The translations under genes and the position numbers were made by a program. 64,000 nt of DNA, taken from the NCBI RefSeq assembly GCF_009914755.1, contig NC_060925.1, one strand, 5' to 3'. This DNA is from the human T2T-CHM13v2.0 reference genome, Homo sapiens. The notes under the pieces were generated by a model. It was not told where the DNA came from. It searched no databases and was given only the letters and a program-made list of their open reading frames with translations. Below are positions 1 through 14,640 of this stretch, piece by piece (position 1 is the first letter of the stretch; each line of letters starts with the position of its first letter).

Positions 1-1050
1 CTGGACAAAGTTAATGTGAGAGGAGGCAAAAATTTCCTTTACATTGAATTGTATGGAAAACACTTAGTATATTTTACAGACAAATCTTACAGTACAGTCA
101 TCCTCATGACTGGGAATAAATGTTTGGAATCAGAAATTGTTTTACGTAATAAGGCACATAAAAGTATTGACTAATATGTGTAAGTGAATGAATGCATGCA
201 TGATAATTGAGAGGGGGTCAATTTATTTTGCCTAGTAATTCACCTTCAGTCAACGACCAGCCAAAAGTTATGCTAATCTTTTATTTGGAAGGCACCAACA
301 AAAGTATATCATTAGATTTAGAACAAACGTACTGTACATCCTGGTTTCAGACTTTGTTGTGAACACAGATTTCATTTCAAGTTCTGACAGCTAGTAAACT
401 CAGTCAATAAAGCTTATGGATGATCTTTTTCAGCCTGGAATAAAGGAAAGTCAAAAAGGACAAGATTCTAAGATGAGTGTTCTGCTAGAACTATGATAGG
501 AGAATCCTCCATTTGCACATTAATATTAAGATACTGGATTTTACCATTAACATTTCAGAAATGAATTTTTAAAATTCTTGATGTGACTTTCTGATGGTGA
601 GGTTTTCTTTTCTCTTTTCTTCATAAGATTTGACACTTTGAATCCCTTTTTGTCAATGTGTTAACCACCAGCAGGCAATCTTAAGGGTCATAATTTGCTG
701 AATGAGTGAAGGAAAAGATCCTTTACAGTGTAAGTATATCCAGAAAATTTCCTTGAGGTATTCATATTTCTGTTTTTACATTAAACCAACCTCATTAAAT
801 CTGTATTAGTGAGAAGACAACTTTAGAGGATTAAAAATTTAGGTTGCTTTTGTGTTCTATGATCATTAAGATTTAACATTGTCCAAGGGCAAACATATCT
901 AAATATATATGTTAATTCCATCTTGTTTTTAGAAGATTAACAGCAAAAATGACTTAGCTATATAATCTATCTAATTTTAGGCAAGAATCTCTATTTTTTA
1001 GAGACCTCTAGTTCCCTTCCATTATTCAATACTAGAAAGCACTTTATTCT

Positions 1051-1227
1051 GTTTATTTTATTTTTTATTATACTGTAAGTTCTGGGGTACATGTGCACAA
1101 CGTGCAGATTTGTTACATATGTATACATGTGCCATGTTGGTGTGCTGCACCCGTTAACTCGTCATTTATATTAGGTATATCTCCTAATGCTATCCCTCCT
1201 CCTTCCGCCCACCCCAAGACAGGCCCC
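1051..1227 (-). mobile_element. L1PA (young primate LINE-1) extreme 3' UTR fragment
   Basis: T-rich tail followed by 'ttatactgtaagttctggggtacatgtgcacaacgtgcag...tgtgctgcacccgttaactcgtcattt...gacaggcccc', the reverse complement of the L1PA 3' end. Confidence 0.93.
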
Positions 1228-2524
1228 TCTTTTTTTCTTTAATTTTTACTAGGAAGTTTCATTTTCATGGTTTATCACAGATCACCTTTAATAGCTTGCA
1301 TTTGACATTGTCTTTTTGACTATATGTTCCTAAATAATCATGAAAAACTATAAAGGATTTTCTAAAATCAAGAAACAAGGAAGGACAGATAATGACAGAA
1401 CAACTTGAAAATATGAAATCACTACATGAATTGTTACTTAAACAGAAATGGGTAGGAAACTGAGAATTTAAAATCATGGTGAAATAGAAGCAAGATATTC
1501 AGAATATATGATAGAGGCAATTCTTGGAAAGGATAAGGGATTATTTTCTATAAAAAAAGGAGAGTAAATGTCTTCCCCAAAAAAACTCTAGGCGAGTAAA
1601 TATTTATCATGTGACATTTATTATACCCTCAGTATTGTCAGTCAACCACCATTCAATATTGCTATTTCTCTGAGCCTTTATACTGAGTACTCAGATACAG
1701 AACTGAAAAGGTGAAACATCAGGCCAGGAGAATTGGAAACATCCTATTGATTATAAAATATAAATTTTATATCATTTCATATTTTGAATCTTAAGTCAGT
1801 TTTAAAATCTTAAGCATTTTTGTGTGGCTTTCATGGTTATTTAAAGACTTTTTCCTTGACTATAAACTTTGAAAAATATTATATTTAGAGTTGGTATTGC
1901 AGACACATTTTTGAGTTAGCATTTTCCTCTCTTTTTTACAGTCCTTCTTGACGTTATTGGTGGCAAGCAATGGCCCAAAACATTCACAACTACAGTTATA
2001 AAATTTCACTTATTCTCTCACAGTGATAAGAAAAATATGCTAAATGTGGAGAATACATGTTATTAGAAGGGAAGATTACTCTTTCTGTGCTACCCTCTCT
2101 CCAACCAGTTCTTCCAGAAATGTAGAAACTCAGTCTTCCAAAATTGTCATCCAAGAGTGAATGATAAGAAAATATTCTACTCAGAATTGTCTTTCATTTA
2201 AATTATTTAAAAATTATTTATAAATATGATACATATATTTATAAGTATTATAAATAAATATACTAATATTCATTAATAAAATAGAGAAGTCAAGGGTTTT
2301 ATAAAAAGTTGTTTTATAAGCAGGAAAGGTAAACAAAAGAAAGTTGAAATCCAATAGAAGTTATAACAAAAGGATAAGAGAATGATTAACAGCAAGTTTT
2401 GAGTGTATCTAGGCAAATACACCATAGCAAACTGACACAGATAAAAATACATTAATTAAAAAGTATTGTGGGCTGGGATGATTTAAAATTAAATGTAGGC
2501 AGTAGAAGAATGTAAATACTGATA

Positions 2525-2626
2525 AGGGCCAGTGGATATGGGGCTACCATGTTGCAGAACTCCACGGGACACTAATTTTTAGTATATGTTACATGAATGG
2601 TACTCCCTGGAATTGTGCAATGTAGC
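2525..2626. mobile_element. MER91-like palindromic hAT MITE remnant
   Basis: Imperfect inverted arms ttgcagaactccacggga (2552-2569) and tccctggaattgtgcaa (2604-2620) around 'atgaatgg', resembling the MER91 core. Confidence 0.55.
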
Positions 2627-4795
2627 ATTTGAGTTCCTAATATTTACATACTACTTGCTATTTATGCTGCACTGTTCAGTTTAGTTCATTTGTATTAAAA
2701 TATAGCTAATGAATCTAAGATGGGGAATTAGATCTGGGATTGACGGAACAATTAATATGAGTTCTGGGACTTAGATGATCACATAATGGAACAGGTAAGG
2801 AGAGTCCATGGTCAACTGTCTGGTTATTTAAATTATTTCTAAAATACTTTAAATATATATCATTTGGAAAGGATCAACCTATACTTACATGATACTTCAA
2901 CATATTACTTTCATTTTTCTATACTCCCTTCTACTTTAGGTTCGTATTCTCATTACTCTTTAAGCGTGTTCAATAGGTTGAATTTTGATTCCTATTTCTT
3001 TATTCTATTGATGAAGAGGGCCACCACTTATTCTGTCTTTTGTATTTGGATCTATATACTGACTGTTTTATGCCTCTGACCTGCATGTTGGTCTTTCCCG
3101 TGACTTGTGGTTGGCTCCTAGACCTGACCTGGGCTTGGCCAGTCTTATGGCCACTAGCACATGTCTATACCTACAGAGACATTCTTGGTTTTGTATGTAA
3201 TATGTTCCCACAAACACTTGAGACAGTTGAATATGAAGGAACTGAACAATAGATATTTTTAAACAGTGTTTTAAGGAAGGTTCTTATGCAGAGAGTTAAA
3301 AATATAAAAATATTTAAAACCAAATTATTTTTAATCATATAGGCTTTTACATGGTCTTAATGATACACTTTTGGTATCTCACAGATCTTTCTTTTTTGTT
3401 CTTTTGTATTAGAACATTCAATTGACTGACTTAAAGTTGACTTATAGTAGAATATACAGTTGACTGAGCATTTCATTGAGGCTAATGATTATTTCTATCT
3501 TTATATTAAATTTATGAGATCTACATTTCTTAGCACTAGTTTTAGCACTGTGATTTTTCTGTTTTCCTGCAAAATAAGAGGGAATGAAATATAAAATCCA
3601 ACAGTTATCTAATCTGCTATACAAAGATTGTGATATTAGCTGGCAGGCAGCATCAACTCAGAGCTCAAAGTGCATCTTCGTCAGATGATGTTTAAAAGTC
3701 CAAATTCCATAATGTTTAAGGTGGCTCAGGGGCGTCAGATGATATACGTCTAATGTCTACATAGTTCTGTTTTCTGTCTTTTTGTTATAGCCATTCTACT
3801 GTGTGTGTGAAGTAGTATCTTGGGGTTTTCTTTTTTAAATAATAGCTTTATTGAGATGTAATTTACACATTAGACACTTCAACCTTTTAAAGTAAAATAA
3901 CTTTAAAAACCACAATTTAGTGGTTTTTAATATAGTCATAGTTGTGTAATGATTGCCATTACCAAATTCCTGAGTATTTTAATTACCCTAAAAAGAAGCC
4001 CTGTACCCACTCTCACTTCCCATTCTTCACCCCTTTTTTCTTCCGTCCCCAGCCCTAGCAACCACTAATCTTTCTGCCTGTATGGATTTGCCTAATCTGG
4101 ACATTTCATCTAAATGGAATCATACACTATATGGCCTTTTGTGTCTGACTCCTTTAACTTGCCATAATTTTTTTCAAGTTTCTTCCATGTTATTGCATGT
4201 ATTTGTTAGCACCTCATTACTTTTTTTTATGACAGTAATATTCTATTAGATGGGTATACCACATTTTCCTTATTCATCAATTGATGGACATTGCGATTTT
4301 TTTCTACTTTTTAGCTACTATGAATAATGCTGTTCAGAACATTTGTGTACATGATTTTGTGTGGGTGTATATTTTCATTTCTACTGGATATTTGCCTAGG
4401 AGTAGAGTTGCTGATCATGTTTATAACTATGTTTAACTATTTGAGGAATTCCTAAACTGTTTTCCAAAGTGGTTCACCATTACACAATCCTAGCAGCAAT
4501 GTATGAGGGTTCTGGCTTTTCTACTTTCTCACTAACCCTTGTTATTGTCTAGCTTTTAAATTTTAGCCAGCAGAGTATGTGTGAATGGTACCTTATTTTG
4601 GTTTTGATTTTCATTTTCCTAGTGACTAATAATGTTTATCTTTCCATATGCTTGTTGACCACTTTTATGTCTTCTTTGGAAAAATGTATATTTAAAATCT
4701 TTGCTCATTTTAAATTTAGGTTATTTGTGTTTATATTATTGAGTTATAAGTGTTCTTTGCATATTTGGGATACAAGTACTTCATCAGATATATGA

Positions 4796-5136
<341 letters not shown>

Positions 5137-5258
5137 ATCTTTTTACTTTGTTGATGGTATCCTATGAACTACTGAAAGTTTTAATTTTGATAAAGTCTAA
5201 TTTATGTTTTTTTAATTTCTTGTGCATTTGGTGTTATATCTGAGAAACCATTGATTGA

Positions 5259-5640
<382 letters not shown>

Positions 5641-5938
5641 TAGGTTTTTTTTTTGTTTTTTGTTTTAAATCCATTTTGAGTTGATTTTTGTATATGGTGT
5701 GAGGTAGGTGTTTATTCTTTTGCATGTAATGTCCAGTTGTCCAAGCACCATTTGTTGAAAAGACTACTCTTTTCAACAAATGAATAGTGTTGTCGCCCTT
5801 GTTGAAAGTCAACTGACTGTAAATATAAGGGTTTATTTGTAGACTCTCAAATCTATTCCATTTATCTAGCCTCATGCCAGTTTGATACTGTCTTGATTAC
5901 CTTGGCTTTGTAATAAATTCTGCAATTGGGAGGTGTAA

Positions 5939-6340
<402 letters not shown>

Positions 6341-6672
6341 TAAAACATAAATCTTTATTTTTATTATTGAAATTTTACATAGTAGAAAATTGGCCCAAAA
6401 TGCTGAAGATACATGTTTAGAAAGTAAAACATGCAAAATACAGTTCTTAGAACTATGATCATGTTGTATAAGAACAAATCAATTATAGTAGATTACATTA
6501 TACCATTGCATCATCCAGAACAAGTGCTTCAAAAGTAAGGCTTTACATATTCACCCAGTACTACTAGTTTGGAAAAAAATACGAATCTTTATATTTTGGG
6601 GAAAACAGATGCTTAATTTTTTGGTCAAACTCCAGTGTTATACATTTGAGAAGACATAATGAACTGGTTAAA

Positions 6673-6887
6673 CTGTAGAGTCAGACTGGCTCAGCTCAAA
6701 TTGTGACTTTAGCACTTACCAGCAATATGGCCTTGAGCAAGTACTTAACATCTATAAAATGGGGATAACAGTCACTGTCGTAGTATAGTAGCAGCAGAAG
6801 GCTGTTGTAAGGATTAAGGGAGGAAACATGTGAAACACTTATTAGAAAAGTGCCTGGCACACAGTAAGTACTCAATAAGTGTTAGCC
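6673..6887 (+). mobile_element. MIR
   Basis: 'ccttgagcaagtacttaacatctataaaatggggataa...aaagtgcctggcacacagtaagtactcaataagtgttagc'. Confidence 0.85.
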
Positions 6888-7730
6888 TTTAAAAGTGTTG
6901 TAAAGATTTTATTCATGCCAGTCTCAAGATTTGAAAAGACTTTAAAATTCCTTTTTTTTTTTTGAACTGGCATTGGAATGCAAGAATTAGGAAAAATAAA
7001 ACAAAAACCTCTTAATTCTATGCTAATATTGAATGTCCATGAAGCACTACAGAATACATTGAGATTTTTTAAAAAGTGACACTTCTGTCAGGGAGCTTAG
7101 AATTAAGGATGGGGAAAATACACAAAAAACTCATCCATGATCGAGAAAGAGAATGTTTATAATAGAAGTTATACAAAGTAAAAGGTTATTTGGTTTCAAA
7201 AGAAGACAGCTCACATATGGTTATGGGGATTAGGCAAGTCTTCCCGGAGGAGGTGGCATTTTGGATGAATTCTAAAAGTCTTGATTTGATTTATATACAG
7301 GCAGTGATAAGGTAAGTATCTGAACTAATAAGAAACAACACAAAGACTGAGAGCCAGGGTCCAGGGTCCTGCTTTCTAAACAGAAGTGGGTTTGGGGCAG
7401 GGGCCATCCCCACGGGGCACAGTTGAGGTGCATGTGGCTGGTTTTGGTTGTACTGGCTAGGGAGCACTGCTAGTAGGTAGTAAGGGGTGATGCTAAACAT
7501 TCTGCAGGTGACTGAGGGCTGTGATGGCCAGGCTGAAACGTATAATTAGGTGGATGCCTAGAAGAGAAACAGGAAGAAGAATGCTATGAAGGGGGAAAAA
7601 AAGGGTGTAGACATCAGAAGAGCAGGGTTTTGGTTTTAACACTTTAAAATATGAAAATTTAAAATTGGAATGTGATTCCTCAAGCCCTATTCTTAGATTC
7701 TGTTTTACCTAGATATAATTCTATACATTC

Positions 7731-7772
7731 TATGCATATACTTAGTGAATTTATGCATATACTCAGTGAATT
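7731..7772. repeat. 21-bp tandem duplication tatgcatatact(t/c)agtgaatt x2
   Basis: Read directly; also visible as NSLSICI repeated in the ORF track. Confidence 0.85.
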
Positions 7773-7804
7773 TAGATGGGGCAGAGAGAGTAGGTCATTT
7801 AATG

Positions 7805-8575
<771 letters not shown>

Positions 8576-8884
8576 ATGTAAAGTGATGAAGTTTGGGAAA
8601 TAGAATGGTAGAATCTTGTGAGAATGATTGGAAAAACAATTTCAGGCCGAAATTTGGAGTTGGAGCATGTTGAGTGAAATAGATGGTGTAAGCATCTGCA
8701 GAAGAGAGTGTGAAGTGATAACAGAGTCATCTGGAAGTGGGAATGCAAAGCTACCTGAATCAGAGGGATTTAAATGGAAGGAGGAGTGTCCTTGCTGGTT
8801 AAGTTTAGGAGAGAATTAGTACTGCCAGGAAAATGAAAGTTTGAGTTAATGTTAAGAGATAGAGGATTAATGATTGCCAATGGC

Positions 8885-9085
8885 AACAACTGACATTGGG
8901 TGCTTACTAAATATAAAATACATATTATTTAATCTTTGCAAAAATCCTGGGAAGTAGATATTTTTATCCTTGCCATTTTACAGATGAAGAAATTGAGGGT
9001 CTGATATGTTAATTTGCCAAATTATCGCAGTTGGCAATCTGCAGATCTGAGATTTAAACCTCTCCTGATTCCAAAGCCTGCTCTA
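8885..9085 (-). mobile_element. MIR
   Basis: 'ccattttacagatgaagaaattgagg...gatttaaacc...tgattccaaagcc'. Confidence 0.8.
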
Positions 9086-10029
9086 GTTTTTCCTACATCA
9101 TATTGAATTAGATGTTCCAAAAGACCAAGAGGAAGAGGCTAGAGAAAATGGCATGTGAGGACCGAGCTGGATGGGGATGAAAGCAGGGAGACTGTGGAAG
9201 GGAAGTCTTTGACCTGGTTTTGGAAAGAATTTTGGAAAACGGGTTAAAGACACAGGCAGTCTGGGTGGTAGGCCGGAGGGGGTGAGGAGATGAGGTGGCA
9301 TTTGACGAAAATTTGCTTATATTTTAGTGGCATTGAGAATCAAGTCCCCATTGTTTCAGAAACTGTTACACAGATGGTAAATTTATGTAAGATGCTCCTT
9401 TTCTCTCTTCCCTTGGCATAGTACTCCTGCCCACCCTGAGGTGGGGAAACTGCTCTTAGTAGTAGCCTTATGAGGTGACATTTTGAGCCTTCTCTCCTTT
9501 GCCTGGCCTTCAGACCCCAATTTTCTAGAGACTGCAATTGAGAAAGACCTTTTGTTACTGTACAATAGGGGGAAAACTCCCAGTGGTATAAAACAGACTG
9601 AGGACTTTGCAAAATATAGCAAGTTCATGTCTGCTAATATGTTAAGTTATTTGGCCTCTCTAGTTTAAGTAGTGATTTGTTGTTTTCATGCTAATACAAA
9701 TTCTTGTATTAATAGGAGCATGGCCCTGGGTTTCTTCATCCGTCTGGGAAAAAATTACTTGTTTGATGGTAAACAAAGAATAGAAGAATTGGTTCACTGT
9801 CCTCATTTTAAAAAAAGATGGTATGAAGCAATAGTGGAATAATTTTAATTGTAACCATCTAACACTTGCCATCAGTAAGATCATTTGTGTTCTGATTTTA
9901 GGAAATGGAGTATTAAAGAGTACATAGTGCATTAGAAATGCAAAACATGACCACATGTTCTCAGGATTTTGTCAGTGTTACATGAAAGAGCACTTGTATT
10001 GGGATGCTCGGCTCTGAGGGTATTCTCTG

Positions 10030-10970
10030 TTCAGTGTGTATTTACAGAGATGTATGAATATTTGATTAATGAGTCATGGTCTCCGGAGAAATTTAATAAC
10101 TGTATTGCTGTACAAAGCCAGGCCCTTAACTGTTAACACAGCTGCCAATAGTGTCATTGACATTGCGGCCCTTTCTGAATCTAATATATTCTGTGGAGTA
10201 AATTCCTTGGTTAAAAAGGGATCTGTGAGAGACATTCAGTTATCTGTTTTGAACTTCATTTAATTTACAGGCTCTGATTTGTAAAGATTTTTCCAGTGAA
10301 AACAAGCAGTGATAGGGAAACTTAAAAATGACCTTTTTAAAAATGATTATTTTTCCCAGAAATAAGTTGGAAAATCATTGATAAATAAAAAGGAGTTGGT
10401 TATCCTCTTCAAGATTATCTTTTGGGGATTCAGTAATCATTTTTGTCTTGCTTGTCATCTAAGAAATATCCACAAGCAGTAGAAATCTAAGATATATTTG
10501 TGATTTGGATATGTAGATCTCATATGTATTAGAATGTCCTAATCTAAATTCATTATTAAACATAATTTAATGCTTTTTCAGCAATAATTGAAGGCTAATT
10601 TATCCTTTCTTCATTCTTTTTGTTTTTAATATCTATGGAGAAATCAATTCTAACTTTCAAAGTTAGATAGGTATTTTAGTAATGTTACTTCGGTTTAACT
10701 GCTTGAGTAACAGGGAGAAATGTCAAAAAAAAGATAAATTCAGTGCAGGAGCTTTCGCTAGAAGCTGTAACTGCAGGTTAGAATTATCCATGCTATGCAG
10801 AATTTCCTGCAACACTTCTCCTTAGGGCCACAATGCATTACAGCAGACGTATAATGAAGCTGCTATAAAATCTCTGGTAATTAAGGGGGATTTGACAGTA
10901 ATTGCAACAGTGAATCAACTTAATTATTACCTGCTTCAAAGAGAGCTAACCTGATGTTATAATCTAACCT
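10030..10970. promoter_or_regulatory. Candidate enhancer / conserved non-coding block
   Basis: No recognisable repeat; TGATTAAT abutting AP-1 TGAGTCA (10063-10076), inverted TGACA half-sites (10152-10162), several TAAT cores. Function is inferred only. Confidence 0.35.
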
Positions 10971-11334
10971 TTTCTACTTTTAAAATGGGAGATTAAACAA
11001 GTATATGTAGCATTTAAGAATTAAATCTGTTGAGATAGAATTGTATTAATATACTTCTAATATATACTTTATGCACATGTACACATCAGCTTCTCAAGAA
11101 CCAGCACCCAGCTCTCTGTGATCCATTAAAGTTATTTGGTATGCTCTGGAAATTAAACCAAAGGCACATCTCTTATTCAAGTTAGCTTCTCCCTCAGCCA
11201 CAAACAGACCTTGGTTGTGGTTAACTTGACTTCCACAAAATAAAAAATATTTTCTTAATATTAGCACATAAAGCAAAGAAACACCAAAGTTATTATCATT
11301 GCTTACATTAGGTAGACCATCTCTTAGAATCTTA

Positions 11335-11550
<216 letters not shown>

Positions 11551-11884
11551 CTAACTTGGTATATCCGACTCGGCACAAGGATCGAGATACCTGTTTCAGC
11601 CTAAGTTATGTCAAGGGTAACACTTTTTATAAATGTTCTCCTCTCACTTCCTATTGCCTGCTATCTTCCCACAAGAATGGGAGTGGAGAGAGAGAAAAGT
11701 AGTGTGGTTTTGATATGAATTTATGTCATATACCATGTATTACCAGGTACCTACTAAATGTAATCAATACCAGTTTCTGTATTTATGGTTTGGCTTCCTC
11801 TCTGGCAGATTTCCCCAGCTCTCTTTTCTGCTTTTAAGCCTTTATCATACATACTTGTGTCTTTGTTGGCTTTAGCTTTACTAC

Positions 11885-11928
11885 TACTTTCAATGGCAAA
11901 AACCGCAATTACTTTTGCACCAACCTAA
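11885..11928. mobile_element. MADE1 (Hsmar1-derived MITE), one arm only
   Basis: 'tactttcaatggcaaaaaccgcaattacttttgcaccaacctaa' matches the MADE1 terminal inverted repeat. Confidence 0.9.
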
Positions 11929-12856
11929 TGGCTCTCTTAACTCTCTAATTATAGCAAGATTGGTCCACAGTAGTTTTGTTTTGGAATTGAATCTTTTGGT
12001 TTGGTTTTGTGTGTGCATATGTAGCGATCCAATGAAGTGACTTGTTTCACAGGAGGTGATTGATTAGGCATAGGTTTGGTACAGTTTGGGGATAGAACAA
12101 TCTCATCCTCAAGCAATGTTTTCCACACTAAGAGTATGTTCAGATGAACGTGAACCAGAATTGAGTCTTCATCTGGGGCAGCAATAGGTTAGCTGCTTAG
12201 GACACTTGGGCAGGCTTTGATCATTGATCTAATAAGATTTTGTCTTCTGGTGTATTGCAAATTCAGCCTGGAATCCCTGAAGGAAGATTGAGAGCACAAG
12301 TTATATACCTTGTTCTCTAATGTTTTCTTGCCACTAATCAAACTCTTTCTTAATATAGGAGGCAAATAAGCACAGTCAACAATTGACTAATGAATAGGGA
12401 AATTAAACAATGTGAATTATAATTTTGATTTGCTCACTGGACTGATCTGGGGCAAATTGTCTAGAACCTCTTTCTGTTTTATTCTTATGCTAGACTGAAT
12501 TACAACTACTCCACAGGGATCTCCTAAAATCTGTTTCCTTTTTTTTCTGTCAGAAAATTTTCATGAAGCAGGTCACCAAAGTAGTGTCCTTAACAAGTTA
12601 ACACAACTTCCAAAGGTGCCAGTTTTATGGTCAAGGATTCTCCTATTCCATGCAAGCCATGGTTGTCTTTAATTCATGCTCATAACTTATAATTTACCAG
12701 GGATCAGTTACCTATGTAATAGTTATACCTGACTTTTTGTCTTTTGGATGGTTCATTCCTTGTTAGCAGTGAGCAGAGAAAGTTGAAAGGTATGAAGCTC
12801 AAACCAAATGATTTTTACTTGATAATCAATGTAACAAGGCTATGGGAAGAAGATGG

Positions 12857-13020
12857 AGCACTTACTATTCTAGGCACTTTATATGCATTATCTCATTTTC
12901 ATACCAGGAACAAATCTGTGCTTTATAGAGAAGAAACTTGAGACTTAGATTAAGAAAATTGCCCAAAGATATCTAGGTTATAAATGATACATTCAGGATT
13001 CAACCCTAGATCTGATTCCA
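12857..13020 (-). mobile_element. MIR
   Basis: 'gagcacttactattctaggcactttatatgcattatctcatt...aaattgcccaaag...caggattcaaccctag'. Confidence 0.75.
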
Positions 13021-13604
13021 TAAGTGGTTGAAACTACTAAATTTTGGATTTGTTTGTGGAATTAATTAATTAAAGGAGCAACCATATTGCTCCTTTCTGA
13101 GATATCACAGGTGAAAATGTACAGGAGAATATATACAGGTTTTCACTGAAGACCTCCCTGAAATACAATGTATTTTTAATGTCAGCATTTTCAATGCCAG
13201 ACATACTTAAGAACCAATAAGTTTTGAAGCTTTTACCTTCCAGGTTAATGCTCCCTTTCAGTTCTTCTCAGGTCTTTTCCACAAGCAAAACATGTACTGA
13301 CTTCTTATGAACTTTGTGAAGAATGGGTATCTATTTAGAGACCTACATGGTAAAGACAAATTGTCATACTTCTTTGTTCTTATAAAATGATGGAGTAAAA
13401 AAAAAGTTAGGATTATGTTTTCTGAGAGAAAGTTAATTATACAACCATCTCAGTTATTCAGGGACAGAATATTAGATGAAGGATATATTCATTCCTGCCT
13501 TGGGCAATAGAAATGGATTTTTTCAGTTGGCACTAAGGTGGTCACAATAAGGGATTAAGAGAGAGTTGGGATCACCTCAAAAAATGACCTGTCTTTGAAA
13601 GATG

Positions 13605-13730
13605 GCAGAGTTTTAAGGAATTTTAAAGATTATCTAGTCCATTGGCTTTTTATAGATGAGTCCCAAAAAGATAAAATTACTTGCCCAAGTTACACAGCTA
13701 CCTATGACAGAGGTGTTTTAGAATCTAGCT
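13605..13730 (-). mobile_element. MIR3-like fragment
   Basis: 'aagattatctagtcca...tttatagatgag...acttgcccaagttacacagct'. Confidence 0.6.
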
Positions 13731-14182
13731 TATTTTAGCTGAGAGAAAATTTATCTCAAAGAGTTTATGTTTGGCAACTTTAATATAAATAGCAGAACAT
13801 CTACTGACATCTTTTTAAAAATCAAATCATATTTAAGTAAACTGGGTTCCGTTGATTTCCAGACTACAGTCCTGAAAAGGGATGGAATTCTTATTACAGA
13901 AACTGACTTTCCTTTGTTGTCCAATTAGAGCATTGACGTAGATTTGGAATACTGAGTGAAGTTAAAAAGAAAATTGTAAATTAATAGCAGTGGGAATCAG
14001 TCTGAGCATCTTTTCAACAATATTTCTACCCCTGCCTTCAACTTATATCTTGGCTTTTTGTTTTATTGTTATTGGGTCACTTCTCCAAGAAGCATAGGAA
14101 ACTAGGTGATTGCCAGTTGTAACTTGAAAAGGAGGGTAGGATCTGAAAAGAAAAGGAATGGAAATTTTTATTATGAAATCTC

Positions 14183-14640
14183 TATTTCAGTTATCTATTG
14201 CTGTGTAATAAATTATTGTCTTAACCTAATAAGGACATGTTATTCTTAATGATTTTGTGGTTGATTGTGCTCAGCCGTGAGGTTCTTCTGCTCCACATGG
14301 TGAAGCTGCAGTTACTCATCCAGTTGCTTTCAACTGAGAGTTCACCTGGAGTTTAAACATCCAGGATGGTCTCTCATCTTTCAAGACTACTCTCCAAGTG
14401 ACCTCTCATCATTTGACAGTCTAACCCAAATTTTTCTACAGCATGACAGCTGGCTCTGAAAAACACAAATGCAATAGCTTCCAGGACTTGTTAAGACTTG
14501 GGCTGGGATCTGGCACAGTGGCACTTCTGCTACATTCTCCTGAGCAAAACAAACCCAGTTCAGAGTCAGGGGTAGGGGAAATAGATTCCATTTGTTGATG
14601 GGAGAAATGGTAAATAATTTTTTTGGCCATCTTTACCACC
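14183..14640 (-). mobile_element. MLT1 (H/J-like) ERVL-MaLR solo LTR
   Basis: Starts 'tcagttatctattgctgtgtaataaatta', contains 'cacttctgctacattct...ggggaaatagattccatttgttgatggga'. Confidence 0.75.

Noticed and set aside
12767-12789. Possible microexon (tagcag|...AAG|gtatga)
   Set aside because: Possible lengths (23, 20, 16, 13, 11 nt) are not multiples of 3 and the donor is only moderate; no further support.
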